Shown: positions 30,196 through 40,080, counted from the stretch's first letter. The stretch: DNA of 41,891 bases from Prevotella sp. (GCA_031285625.1 JAITVV010000085.1:1-41891); one strand, 5' to 3'. Numbers and translations: made by a program. The notes: generated from the letters alone by a model not told the origin.

Positions 30196-32031
30196 TTACC
30201 ATCCGTAATTCTGTGTAAAATTCACCATCTCTGCCTGTTGTTCCTGATGAATAGGGAAAAAGTAGTGTCTGTCCTTGAAAACCATATCTTGGTTGAACAC
30301 AGCATCTGTTCTAGCCCATGAATCTTCGTAATTGTATGCCATCACATTTCTACCGAAACGTCTTCCGTTAAATTCTTTCGGAGCAGTCATACAGGTTCGG
30401 ATATCATAATAACGTTGATTTTCAAAAGCAAGCTCTACCATGCGTTCTTTGGCTATAAGTTCTCTTAACAGGTTTTGGTTGCCTTTTACTTCCGGATATG
30501 CTTCCTCTAGTTTATTAAGGTTTACTCTGGCTCTGATCAGATTTACATATTTAAGAGCTTCTGCTTCATCACGGTTAGGCTTTTCATTACACGCCTCGGC
30601 ATAGTTCAGATAGATCTCAGCCAGCCGTGCCAGAGGTTGTACGTATGTACCCCATTTGTTATCTTCGTGATTATTTGTAGGATCACTCATTCTCCGCCAC
30701 AGGTAACCTACTTTGACACAATCTCCTGCACCTGTATAAGTTGAGGTACCTCCATTAAAGAAAGTTATAAGTTTATCACCTTTGTACCTGTTGATCCAGT
30801 ACATACCGCTTGATAATACGGATGCATAAAAACGTGCATCACGTCCAACTACACTGTTATGTGCTTTAATCGAAGCATATGATTCTATAGGGTGTGTCCA
30901 TGGTTCTGTAAATCCTTCGTCTGTATAACCCGAAAGCGGATCGATAATAGGGGCTCCATTATTTTGATATCCGGTTACAGGGAATCTTCCGGATTTTGCC
31001 ATAGGATAAGTATCTACCAGTTTGATGGAAGGGCAATAACCTCCATAACCTTCTAATACAGCACGTGGAGGTGCAGCTCTGACAGCATAATCCCATGCAC
31101 TACTTCTATGTCTACCCCAGATGATTTCATCATTCCACTGTTCAAAAAGTATTCCCATATAGGATCTGATGCCTTTGAGGAAAGGATCTGTTTCTTTTGT
31201 ATCCTGATATAGTGAATATCTTCCAAGATCGATTACATCTTTTGCTGCTTTTGCTGCTGCTTCCCATTTTTGTGGATCGGGTGACTGAGGGAATAAGTAT
31301 TCACCATCTTTGTTTGTAAGTCCTTTGTACAGATCGCATCCATTGAAAAGAGGACGTGCAGCATAAAGCATCAGTCGCGATTTAATTGCCATTACGGCGC
31401 CTTTAGTAACACGCCCGTACCATGCTTCATCGGTAATCTCATCAGGCAAAACTTCTATGGCTTTATTAAATTCATCTAGTATAAAGTTATAATTTACATC
31501 AAAAGAGTGCCTGTCTATATCTTCACCTTTAGTAGTATCATCTGATTCTTCGTCTCCCCATACATATACAGGACCATATTTACGAAGCATCATAAAATAA
31601 AGATATGCTCTTAAAAAACGAGCTTCAGCTTGCATTACATTGCGTGTGTTTTCATCGAGCTCCTTACACAAATGGACATTATTTATAAATATGGAGGATT
31701 GTTTGATCCCTTGGTAATTAAATACCCATGTTTTATATTGCCAGTGGGCTGTACCCCATGTTCCATTATTCAGGTCCACATAATCCAATGAGAGCCACGA
31801 AAAAGAGCCTTCATCACTGCGTGCTACGACACTTCCTTCGTTATCATGAGGCAACCAGTCATGAGGCAAATATGAATAGACATTCGCCAGGTAATTTTCT
31901 GTAGTTTCTCTTTTGCTGAAAGTTTCTTCTAATGTTAATGCTTGTTTTAAATCAACACTTAGGTAATCCTCACATGAAGAAAAGCCTAAAACAAGCAATA
32001 AAATCATTAAATATATTCTTACGTTTTTCAT
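30196..32031 (-). CDS. susD: SusD / RagB family lipoprotein
   Basis: SSCEDYL, AEARFLRAY, RLAEIYLNYAEA, ERMVELAFENQRYYDIR, QNYGW. Confidence 0.95.
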   Translation of the reverse strand: MKNVRIYLMILLLVLGFSSCEDYLSVDLKQALTLEETFSKRETTENYLANVYSYLPHDWLPHDNEGSVVARSDEGSFSWLSLDYVDLNNGTWGTAHWQYKTWVFNYQGIKQSSIFINNVHLCKELDENTRNVMQAEARFLRAYLYFMMLRKYGPVYVWGDEESDDTTKGEDIDRHSFDVNYNFILDEFNKAIEVLPDEITDEAWYGRVTKGAVMAIKSRLMLYAARPLFNGCDLYKGLTNKDGEYLFPQSPDPQKWEAAAKAAKDVIDLGRYSLYQDTKETDPFLKGIRSYMGILFEQWNDEIIWGRHRSSAWDYAVRAAPPRAVLEGYGGYCPSIKLVDTYPMAKSGRFPVTGYQNNGAPIIDPLSGYTDEGFTEPWTHPIESYASIKAHNSVVGRDARFYASVLSSGMYWINRYKGDKLITFFNGGTSTYTGAGDCVKVGYLWRRMSDPTNNHEDNKWGTYVQPLARLAEIYLNYAEACNEKPNRDEAEALKYVNLIRARVNLNKLEEAYPEVKGNQNLLRELIAKERMVELAFENQRYYDIRTCMTAPKEFNGRRFGRNVMAYNYEDSWARTDAVFNQDMVFKDRHYFFPIHQEQQAEMVNFTQNYGW

Positions 32032-32043
32032 TGTATGGTATTG

Positions 32044-35000
32044 TTAGAAATTAATATTCATTCCAAAATTTATCGTTTTCATATTCGGATATCGGTTTCC
32101 ACTGTCTGTATCCAGTTCAGGATCCCATAGTTTAAATTTAGAGAAAGTAAATAGGTTTACTCCCTGCATATAAACTCTGACAGTAGACATTCCGAATTTC
32201 TTCGTAATAGCACGTGGTATGGTATATCCAAAGTCTATGTTTTTCAAACGCATAAGACTAACATCTCTTTGATTCATTGTTGAGTTTTGCATGTTGTTAG
32301 AACTAATAGCCATTGCCATACGTGGATATTTAGCGTTTGGATTGGGATTATTCAAAGACCATCTACCTTCTGCTACTTCTGCATAAATCTGTCCTAGCCC
32401 TATTTTATTATTAACCGTTCCATGGAAGTTAGATCCGGAAACAAAGCGTGTAGCTTTAGCATTTCCCTGGAAGAAAACAGATAAATCGAAATTTTTCCAC
32501 CCGGCAGATACGCCGAATCCATAAGTGATTTGTGGAACACTATGATAGCCAATTGCGATCATGTCTTTGTTATCAACAACGCCATCTCCGTTTATATCTT
32601 TATATTTCACATCTCCCGGACGAACATCCCCATATAGCTGTTTCGGACTGTTATCTATATCCTCTTGCGATTCGAATAAGCCAAGAGCAACAAGTCCCCT
32701 TTGTTGTCCCCAGACCATCCCTACCTCTTCTTGGTACGGCCATACCGGAGTTGGTTTATCATCATAAAGTTTGGTGTTTACGTTATATGTAAGATTACCG
32801 CGTGCAGAAAGAAACAGGTCCTTATTAACTTGCTGGTTATATTCTAAAGACATATCGAAACCTTCATTTTTCATTTTCCCTATATTAAGCTGCCTTTGAA
32901 CATTGAGACCAACAACAGAAGGAATACTTTGCTGTTCAATATATATACCAGTCCTTTTTTCATAGAAATAATCTGCATGGAGAGTTACTTTATCAAAAAA
33001 TCCCAGTTCTATTCCCAGATTGGTTTTATCTGCTTCTTCCCAAGTTACTCCGTCATTTCCTTTACGCCCTGTGGCCAATCCTCTCAGCCAGTTTTGCCCG
33101 GCATTACCAAAGGTAAATCCACGCTCATCACTCCATGCCATTTCTGTATAGAAAGCAAAGCGTCTTTCGTCATTACTACTACGATCGCCTATTACATCAT
33201 TTCCGATCTTACCGCGTGAAGCTTTTAATTTGAGTAAAGAGACTATGGGTCTTATTTTCTCAAAATAACTCTCGTTACTTACCAAATATCCAACAGCAAG
33301 AGATGGGAAAAAACCAAATTTTTTACCAGGAGAGAAATTTTCTGATCCATTATATCCGAAGTTACCTTCTATAAAGTAAGTATCTTTGAAAGAGTAGGTG
33401 AGACGACCTGCTATACCTTGGTTACGATAAGGAAAGGATTTGGTCAGGTTTGCCGGAAGATTCAAGTTTCGTTCACGCATATTAAAGAGAAACATTCCAC
33501 CAACGCGATGTTTTTCATCAAATATATTGTTGTATGTTATCGAACCTTCAAAGTCCATACTTCGTTCATTACTTGAACCATTCCACGTCTCGGAAGTCAT
33601 ATAATCGTTACCTATGCTGTTTTGCTTAAATATTAAATTTCCGTCTTTATCTCTGCCTGTTGCATAATAAGTGGATGGTGCTTTTTTTCTTAAAACAGCA
33701 GCACTATTTTTTGCATCCCATGCAAATTTCAGGTTTAATTCGAGTCCTTTTGTAACAAGGTCTGAGAGATCTTGCGAAACACTGAATAGCGTTTGAGTAC
33801 TATTCCAGAAATCCTGAACATATCCTGTTTGATTGAGCGTCATCCATGGGTTGGAACCAAGTGGAGGAGTAGCATATGTTCCATCCGAGTAGATTGTCGG
33901 TGTAGCTATATTCGGTACAGTAAGCATGTATGCCCACATATCTCCGTTTGGTCTGTTTTTTGTTTCATACATATTTGCTAAACTTACACTCAGAACGGTA
34001 GACGGAGTCAGGTTTACATCAAAATTCGAACGGAAATTATAGCGTTTGTAATTTAATGTAGGATTATAACTTTTCCCTTTTTTTGCATTAAATATTCCAT
34101 TCTCAAAATATAATGAACCGGCTACATAATAACGTAAAATCTTACTACCTCCTGATACATTGAAATTAACCCGTTGTAAGTCTGTCGATTCTTTAAATAT
34201 TTCATCTACCCAATCCACATTCGGATATAAATCAGGATCATATCCTGTAAGATATCTTCTTTTGTCTTCCTCTGTGTAGGCAAGGTTTCCTGAGGATTCT
34301 AAACTAATATCATTGTAATAGTCAATCCATTGTCCGGCGCTTGCCAGTTTGGGTTTTCTTACAGGGGCAGTAATTCCATATTCTATTCTGGTATTGATTT
34401 GTAGTTTTCCTTCTTTTCCTCTTTTGGTAGTAATTAATACTACACCATTGGCACCTCTTACTCCATATACAGCGGTAGCTGTAGCATCTTTGAGAATGGA
34501 AAAAGATTCTATATCTTCCGGATCTACCAAGTCCAGAGATCTTTCAATACCATCTACCAGAACAAGAGGAGAGCCTCCATTTCCGAAAGTACTGATACCC
34601 CTGATCCAAAAATCGGCTCCTGCTCCTGGCTCTCCTGAACGCTGTACTCCTACAACTCCTGCTATCTGACCTGCCAGACTGGTACTTATTTTTCCAACAG
34701 GTTTTTTTAGATTATCAACAGAAACTGTAGAAATAGAACCTATAACGCTTTCTTTCTTTTGTTTACCAAAAGCAACCACCTGCACTTCTGCAAGTTCATC
34801 AACTTTAGGCTCCATCTTTATAAAGACCTCTTGCTGTGAGCCTACAGTAATGGTTTGGTCTTGGTAACCAAGAAATGTGAATTTGATTTTATCGGTGCTC
34901 TTCACTTCAATTTCAAATGATCCGTCAACATCTGTCAGAACACCACGTGTACTTCCTACAACTACAATTGTAACTCCAGGCATAGGATCCCCATTCTCAT

Positions 35001-35436
35001 CAACTACTTTACCTTTTATCTTACCTGCTTGTTTAACTTCTTCTCGGGCTTTTACAGCAGGGGGAGCGATAGTAGGGATATTTCTTTGTGTGATTATTAT
35101 CTGTCTGTCATCAATCTCATAAGATAGATTTGTTCCCGCAAATAACTTATCTAATATTTTATCAATAGTCTGATTTTTTATGTCAATAAAAACTTTTTGC
35201 TTGTGATTTATTAGATTGTCATAATAAAGAAAAACAAATTCACTTTTGCTTTCAATTTCCGCAAAGACCTCTTTAAAGGTTTTGTTCTCAGCCTTAATTG
35301 TCAGGGTTTTTACTTGGGCATAGGGTGAATTTCCTGTCGTGGCATACACAACAGACCCTACAAAAAGGCACATAATTAACAATAGTTTTCTCTTAATGGA
35401 TAGGCATACCCATTTGGCATTAGAAAGGTTTTTCAT
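32044..35436 (-). CDS. susC: SusC / RagA TonB-dependent transporter with N-terminal STN signalling extension
   Basis: STN segment, carboxypeptidase-regulatory-like domain, LKDATATAVYGVRGANGVVLITTKRG, C-terminal Phe. Confidence 0.96.
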   Translation of the reverse strand: MKNLSNAKWVCLSIKRKLLLIMCLFVGSVVYATTGNSPYAQVKTLTIKAENKTFKEVFAEIESKSEFVFLYYDNLINHKQKVFIDIKNQTIDKILDKLFAGTNLSYEIDDRQIIITQRNIPTIAPPAVKAREEVKQAGKIKGKVVDENGDPMPGVTIVVVGSTRGVLTDVDGSFEIEVKSTDKIKFTFLGYQDQTITVGSQQEVFIKMEPKVDELAEVQVVAFGKQKKESVIGSISTVSVDNLKKPVGKISTSLAGQIAGVVGVQRSGEPGAGADFWIRGISTFGNGGSPLVLVDGIERSLDLVDPEDIESFSILKDATATAVYGVRGANGVVLITTKRGKEGKLQINTRIEYGITAPVRKPKLASAGQWIDYYNDISLESSGNLAYTEEDKRRYLTGYDPDLYPNVDWVDEIFKESTDLQRVNFNVSGGSKILRYYVAGSLYFENGIFNAKKGKSYNPTLNYKRYNFRSNFDVNLTPSTVLSVSLANMYETKNRPNGDMWAYMLTVPNIATPTIYSDGTYATPPLGSNPWMTLNQTGYVQDFWNSTQTLFSVSQDLSDLVTKGLELNLKFAWDAKNSAAVLRKKAPSTYYATGRDKDGNLIFKQNSIGNDYMTSETWNGSSNERSMDFEGSITYNNIFDEKHRVGGMFLFNMRERNLNLPANLTKSFPYRNQGIAGRLTYSFKDTYFIEGNFGYNGSENFSPGKKFGFFPSLAVGYLVSNESYFEKIRPIVSLLKLKASRGKIGNDVIGDRSSNDERRFAFYTEMAWSDERGFTFGNAGQNWLRGLATGRKGNDGVTWEEADKTNLGIELGFFDKVTLHADYFYEKRTGIYIEQQSIPSVVGLNVQRQLNIGKMKNEGFDMSLEYNQQVNKDLFLSARGNLTYNVNTKLYDDKPTPVWPYQEEVGMVWGQQRGLVALGLFESQEDIDNSPKQLYGDVRPGDVKYKDINGDGVVDNKDMIAIGYHSVPQITYGFGVSAGWKNFDLSVFFQGNAKATRFVSGSNFHGTVNNKIGLGQIYAEVAEGRWSLNNPNPNAKYPRMAMAISSNNMQNSTMNQRDVSLMRLKNIDFGYTIPRAITKKFGMSTVRVYMQGVNLFTFSKFKLWDPELDTDSGNRYPNMKTINFGMNINF

Positions 35437-35443
35437 ACATTTG
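35413..35443 (+). promoter_or_regulatory. Antisense sigma-A promoter overlapping the susC start codon
   Basis: TTTG (35413-16) - 19 nt - TACATTTG (35436-43). Confidence 0.75.
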
Positions 35444-35448
35444 TAATG

Positions 35449-35527
35449 ATTTTTTTAATTATACATCTAGAAATTAGTTGAAAAAATCGATTCCGGATAA
35501 TAGTACCAGTATTATCCGGTCTTTTTT
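35449..35527 (+). ncRNA. Candidate cis-antisense sRNA to the susC 5' UTR (DonS-like)
   Basis: Consensus promoter upstream and terminator CCGGATAATA / TATTATCCGG plus T6 downstream; same layout as antisense sRNAs of ECF-regulated Bacteroides PULs. Start is approximate. Confidence 0.7.
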
Positions 35528-35597
35528 ATAGGCATTTTAATTCATAAAAAAGTGTTTTTCTGGGTTATACATTCATGTTCCGGGACTTATACTAGTA

Positions 35598-36659
35598 TTA
35601 TTTCTCTTTAATTACGATCTTGTTATTATCTTTATAATATGTAATTGGCGCTGTTTTTGATATTGATTTTATTATATCTTCTATATTATCTTTAAGGTCG
35701 AGTTTACCAGATAAAGGCATATTTTTTACAGATTCTTCGAGATCAAAATTTATGTCATAGTACAGATGTAATTTTTCGAAAACTTCGTTCAGGGGCTGAG
35801 ATTTTAGCACGAGTAAATTGTTAATCCAACCTGTATATTCGTAAGTATCGACAGTTTTTTTCTCTCCAAGTCCGTTTTCATCAATAACAATCCTTTGACT
35901 GGGTTTTAATTCGGATTTTTTCCCTTTATAGTCTTTTACATCTACAAGGCCATTGACCAGTACAACGGAAGATTCCATGCTCTTATAAGTGCATATATTG
36001 AATGATGTACCTAAAACCTGAACATCAAATTGGTTTGTTTTAACAATAAATGGGACTTTCTTATTATGTTTTACTTCAAGGTAAACTTCCCCATCTACAA
36101 AGATCTCTCTTTTCTTTTCTGTGAAATTGCGGGGATATACAACTTTAGTTCCTGAATTAACCCATAGTTTGGATTCATCGGACAATATTACTTGTATACG
36201 TTTTCCTTTGGGCACTATTATTTGATTATACTCTATTTCATCTGCTTTTTGCTTTTCGGTATTAGTTTTATAGGTTTCCGATTGAAGTGATATGGTACCA
36301 CTCTTGGAATATGTAACAATAGAGTCAGATTTAATATTGATTTGTTCATCATCAGATAGCACTAAAAGAATATCTTCGGTCTCTGTAGATATAGAATTTG
36401 CTATATTCTTTATATGATCAACCTGAGGAACAAATAATTTATCTTTTCCAATCCAGATTATACTAAATATTATAGCAGCAGATGCAGCGGCAGTAATTAT
36501 AAATCTGAGTCGCCGTGATTTTTTATCAACTTTTACTTTGTGTTCTATCTCATGCCAGAGATCGTCTTTTTCCTGCTGGCTGGCAATTCTTTCTTTTTCT
36601 CGGAAAAAGTTAATTAGGCGTCGGGCAACTTTATCTATATTTGTTTTTTCTTCTTTCAT
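35598..36659 (-). CDS. FecR-family anti-sigma factor
   Basis: One TM helix; VPKG...LSDESKLWVNSGT, DGEVYLEV, VQVLGTSFN. Confidence 0.93.
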   Translation of the reverse strand: MKEEKTNIDKVARRLINFFREKERIASQQEKDDLWHEIEHKVKVDKKSRRLRFIITAAASAAIIFSIIWIGKDKLFVPQVDHIKNIANSISTETEDILLVLSDDEQINIKSDSIVTYSKSGTISLQSETYKTNTEKQKADEIEYNQIIVPKGKRIQVILSDESKLWVNSGTKVVYPRNFTEKKREIFVDGEVYLEVKHNKKVPFIVKTNQFDVQVLGTSFNICTYKSMESSVVLVNGLVDVKDYKGKKSELKPSQRIVIDENGLGEKKTVDTYEYTGWINNLLVLKSQPLNEVFEKLHLYYDINFDLEESVKNMPLSGKLDLKDNIEDIIKSISKTAPITYYKDNNKIVIKEK

Positions 36660-36712
36660 TCCAGTGTGTTTCTATATATAGTACGGATGAAAGAAAAAAA
36701 GCTACTCATTTT

Positions 36713-37288
36713 TTAAATAAAAAATATTATGAATTTTGAAATTTGTTCTCTTATTGAGGCTAATGCCCTTTGAGTCAGATTCATAGAAGATTGTACTTTA
36801 ATATCCATTATTTCTGCTATCTCTTTGTGAGAAAGTCCTTTTATATAGCGTAAGTAGATGATCATTTTTTGATTTTTTGGCAGGGCTTGATATGTAGTTA
36901 ATATTTGTTTACTAAGACGGATATCTGTATCATTTTTTTCAAATAGTTGAGTCAAAGACTCATCATCTATTGATATATCCAGAGGCTCATCTTCTAGACT
37001 TACCTTTCTTTGATTTCGAAGTAATTTATCAAAAATTATATTTTTTAAGGCTTTCAATAAGTATGCTTTGACATAAGTTGTGGATTTTAATTGGTTACTC
37101 TTGTATATTTTTACGAAGAGATCTTGTATCGAATCTTTTACAATTTCTTCATCATGGTAGCATTTCAATCCGTAGTTGAAGAGTAAGTCATAATAACGCC
37201 TATAGAATATTTCTATAATATCCTTTTGCCCCTGCACCAAAAGTTGCCATAGTTCGTAGTCGTCTAGGTTTTTATTGAAGTTATTCAT
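36713..37288 (-). CDS. ECF sigma-70 factor
   Basis: DSIQDLFVKI region 2; LPKNQKMIIYLRY..LSHKEIAEIM region 4; adjacent to fecR. Confidence 0.92.
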   Translation of the reverse strand: MNNFNKNLDDYELWQLLVQGQKDIIEIFYRRYYDLLFNYGLKCYHDEEIVKDSIQDLFVKIYKSNQLKSTTYVKAYLLKALKNIIFDKLLRNQRKVSLEDEPLDISIDDESLTQLFEKNDTDIRLSKQILTTYQALPKNQKMIIYLRYIKGLSHKEIAEIMDIKVQSSMNLTQRALASIREQISKFIIFFI

Positions 37289-37356
37289 AGTATTATTCAG
37301 ATATTGTACAGCAGGTTAATCTGTTCAAAATATCAGCCATTTTTCAAAGATCATAA

Positions 37357-37364
37357 CAAATATA
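37357..37364 (-). promoter_or_regulatory. -7 box for the ECF sigma gene
   Basis: TATATTTG on the minus strand. Confidence 0.5.
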
Positions 37365-37503
37365 ACTAACTTTTCTAAAAATCAATATTGTTGAATAATA
37401 AAAGAATTATTTGTTATATGTATTTTGTTATATTTTAGATTTTCACCGGTTTGACTTAACCGATTGAAGAATAAACTTTTAGACAAGTTTTCAGAATTTA
37501 GAG

Positions 37504-37521
37504 GTAACGAGTTAGTAACCG
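37504..37521. repeat. Tandem GTAAC sites, putative tyrosine-integrase arm-type sites
   Basis: GTAACGAGTTAGTAACCG; 16/18 identical to 39825-39842. Confidence 0.55.
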
Positions 37522-37815
37522 TGCGGATTTCAGCGTTTTGCGGTGCTATACTGTCAAATAACTCACGCCAAAAGTACGCATTATTTTTGAAACCAACATA
37601 TATTTTCCCCCTTTCTTTTTCCGATAAAATTCATTTCAGCCTTGACGTTTCGTTCTTGGAGCATACCTTTGTGTTCGGATAAAGAAAGGTCAAGGATCTG
37701 TATATTTTCTATCTTACTCCCTGCTATAAATATTGCAATCATTGGGCAGTAATACAACTCCCCAACTTCTATGCCCAATTGTTAATCGGCATTGTAATAT
37801 GCTTAGTAATATCTT

Positions 37816-38413
37816 CTAAGATTCCGCCAACCAATTCAGCGCTTCGTTTGTGATTTCGTTATACCAAACTTTTTCGTCTGCACTTGTTGCTGCGATTTCA
37901 TTGGAGCGTTCAAAGAAACGCTTTACATGCTTCGGTTGCGGTATGTATGAGGCTTTATAGGAGTCTTCTACCATTTTTTGAAATATGCTCAATGGTAATG
38001 GAACTATTGTAGAAATGCCACCATAGTAGCTGATATTCATTTTGTGCAGAGCGTAAAAGTGAGCAATGCAAGCCTCGTTGATTTCAGGTGCAACGAAAAG
38101 GCAGTAAGACGGTTTGCCTGTTTCTTTTTTCAACTTGGCAAGGTGGCGGGTTACAGGTTCACCTTCAGTTTCGTATTGACGCTGTCCTGACTGCATGGTA
38201 ACTTCTACGGTAAGCCCAAAGTCGCCGTAATCACATACAATATCTGCCATGTTACCCTGTGCGGTGTTCATTGGGTTGCCAAAGTCGTCAAATTTCAGGT
38301 TGGCTAATACCGTACCACCATCAAGCATGGTCATTGCCCGCCAAGTATTCCATTCAAGCATCAACGGAGCATCGTAAAGAGATTTTCCCGCTATTTGTTT
38401 GAATACAATACTA
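37816..38413 (-). pseudogene. AlwI-family type II restriction endonuclease, C-terminal catalytic fragment, 5' part lost at the IS
   Basis: APLMLEWNTWRAM, GNMADI..YGDF..VEVTM..G.RQ..EGEPV.RH, LFVAP; the ORF-track start lies inside the IS. Confidence 0.8.
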
Positions 38414-39177
38414 AGTTCTGTTAGCACTATTTGATGCATCCATAATTAACGCTATCAGCAGGAATGTCCAAAACATTCTGTCGAGTTTCTCGTAATGTGT
38501 AAAGACCATCCGAAAACGTTTTATCCGTCGAAACAACCGCTCCACCTCGTTGCGACGCTTGTAAAGTTCTTTGTCGTATTCCCACGGCTCATGTCTGTTC
38601 CGTTTTGGCGAAACCACAGGCGAGAACCCTTGCTTTACCGCCAATGCCCGGGTCTTGTCGTCTTCGTATGCCCTGTCCATAAGTAAACTACATGACACAT
38701 TAGCTTCTAATTGTTCGATAAGTTTTCTACCTTCGGGGGCATCGTGCCGTTGCCCCGCAGAGAGAGAAAAGGCTATCGCAGTCCGGTCACTCGCGGCAAC
38801 CAGATGAATTTTGGTATTGTGTCCGCCGCGCGATTGGCCGATCGATTGCGGCCCGTGTTTTTTAAAGCACCCGTACCGTCCGGATGCACCTTGACACTGG
38901 TGCTGTCCAACGAAAGGACGTCACTCACCGCAAGTATCTGATGCTGTTGAAGTGTGGCAAAAACACGATCAAGCACGCCCGCTTTCGACCACCGACTCAT
39001 ACGGGTGTAAATCGTGTGCCAGTTGCCGAAGTCGGCAGGCAGGCTGCGCCACTTGCAACCGTTTTCGGCCACATACAGTATGGCATTCAAGACCGACAGG
39101 TTGTCAAGGCCGACATTACCACGCTGACGCGGGAAGCAATCGGCAATACGCTGATATTGACTATAACTCAACTCCAT
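38411..39177 (-). CDS. IS5-family transposase, two ORFs joined by a -1 frameshift
   Basis: orfA GCKWRSLP..FGNWHTIY.R..RW, LDST; the -1 frame reads IGQSRGGHNTKIHL...DRAYE...YKRRNEVERLF; slippery TTTAAAAAAC near 38857-38866. Confidence 0.87.
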
Positions 39178-39230
39178 GACACAAAATTACAGAAAATATC
39201 TAACCTATGAAAATTTGAGTTAACAGGCCT
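38414..39230 (-). mobile_element. IS5-family insertion sequence (IS427-like group), about 817 bp
   Basis: Imperfect terminal IRs AGTTCTGTTAGCAC / AGGCCTGTTAACTC (10/14), TA on both flanks, two-ORF transposase. Confidence 0.88.
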
Positions 39231-39464
39231 TAATAACGATGATGTGTCGTTTGCCTTTTCTTGATCGTTACCATTCCTTTTCAAATCGCCGCTTCCTGCG
39301 AAACCATCAAAATACAGGGTCTTCCAACCCCATTTATTTTTGTGGGCTTCCATAATGGTCAGGTACGTATTCACATACTTTTTGAAAGCGTCCAGCTTTT
39401 CAATCGTCCATTTGTTGCCCCAAGTGGACGATTTTGGTTTTGAGATTAAGCGAGTTGTTGCCAT
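39231..39464 (-). pseudogene. Three-Cys-motif partner (TcmP)-like methyltransferase-fold gene, N-terminal fragment cut by the IS
   Basis: WG..WT.EKL..F..Y...Y..I...YFDGFAGSG; own -7 box TACCTTTG at 39487-39494 (minus strand). Confidence 0.75.
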
Positions 39465-39737
39465 AACAATGGTCGTTTTAACACCTCAAAGGTACGAAAA
39501 CACTCTCAATAATTCAACTCTGTACCGTAATTTGTCGCATTCCAGAGATGTGTTAGAGTAGAGGCTGGCGTAATGATGTCTTCTGAACATAGTGGCTACA
39601 CCCCAATTCGGAACGCGCCTCGCTCCAAATCGTCCGGTGCCAACGGGCGATTTGAGAAATAAGGCATGGGAAAAAGTGTCTCTGGATTTGTGGAATGGAT
39701 TTTATTTGTATATTTGCGATGTTGGAATTAGGAATAT

Positions 39738-39842
39738 TCGTAACCGTATTTCCTTAAAAAATAGCTCATTGAGTTAAATCGTAACCAAGAGAGGAGATGT
39801 TGCGGCAGTTTGCGACAAAGTTTCGTAACCAGTTCGTAACCG
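39738..39842 (+). repeat. Four exact TCGTAACC direct repeats, putative att arm sites
   Basis: Copies at 39738, 39779, 39823 and 39834. Confidence 0.7.
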
Positions 39843-39855
39843 AACCCAAATCCCC

Positions 39856-39981
39856 AACTCGACCAGTTCATCTTACACCTACGGCAAAGGGATCCAGCAA
39901 TACGTCAATATCAACGGCTCGGTGTATTACAGTTACGAGTCTACCGGCGCTTTTTTAGTGCGTTGCGTCCGTAACGAGTGA
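39856..39981 (+). pseudogene. 3' remnant of a C-type-lectin-fold (DUF1566 / FISUMP-like) gene ending in VRCVR
   Basis: Manual translation NSTSSSYTYGKGIQQYVNINGSVYYSYESTGAFLVRCVRNE*; no ATG after the in-frame stop at 39826-28. Confidence 0.6.
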
Positions 39982-40072
39982 GCGATTTGCCATCGGTTTT
40001 ACCCGGTATTGTTTTTGCAGGCGCACTGTTAAAAAATTCACAGAAATACTTTTTAAGTCCGGATAAAAGGCG

Positions 40073-40080
40073 TACTTTTG
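40073..40080 (+). promoter_or_regulatory. -7 box for gcvH-mdh
   Basis: TACTTTTG. Confidence 0.6.

Noticed and set aside
37464-37778. Short ORFs 37464-37682 (+) and 37581-37778 (-)
   Set aside because: Non-ATG starts and no motifs; they overlap att-like non-coding sequence.
39592-39777. 61-aa ORF near the junction
   Set aside because: No motif; it overlaps the promoter-like box and the repeat array.
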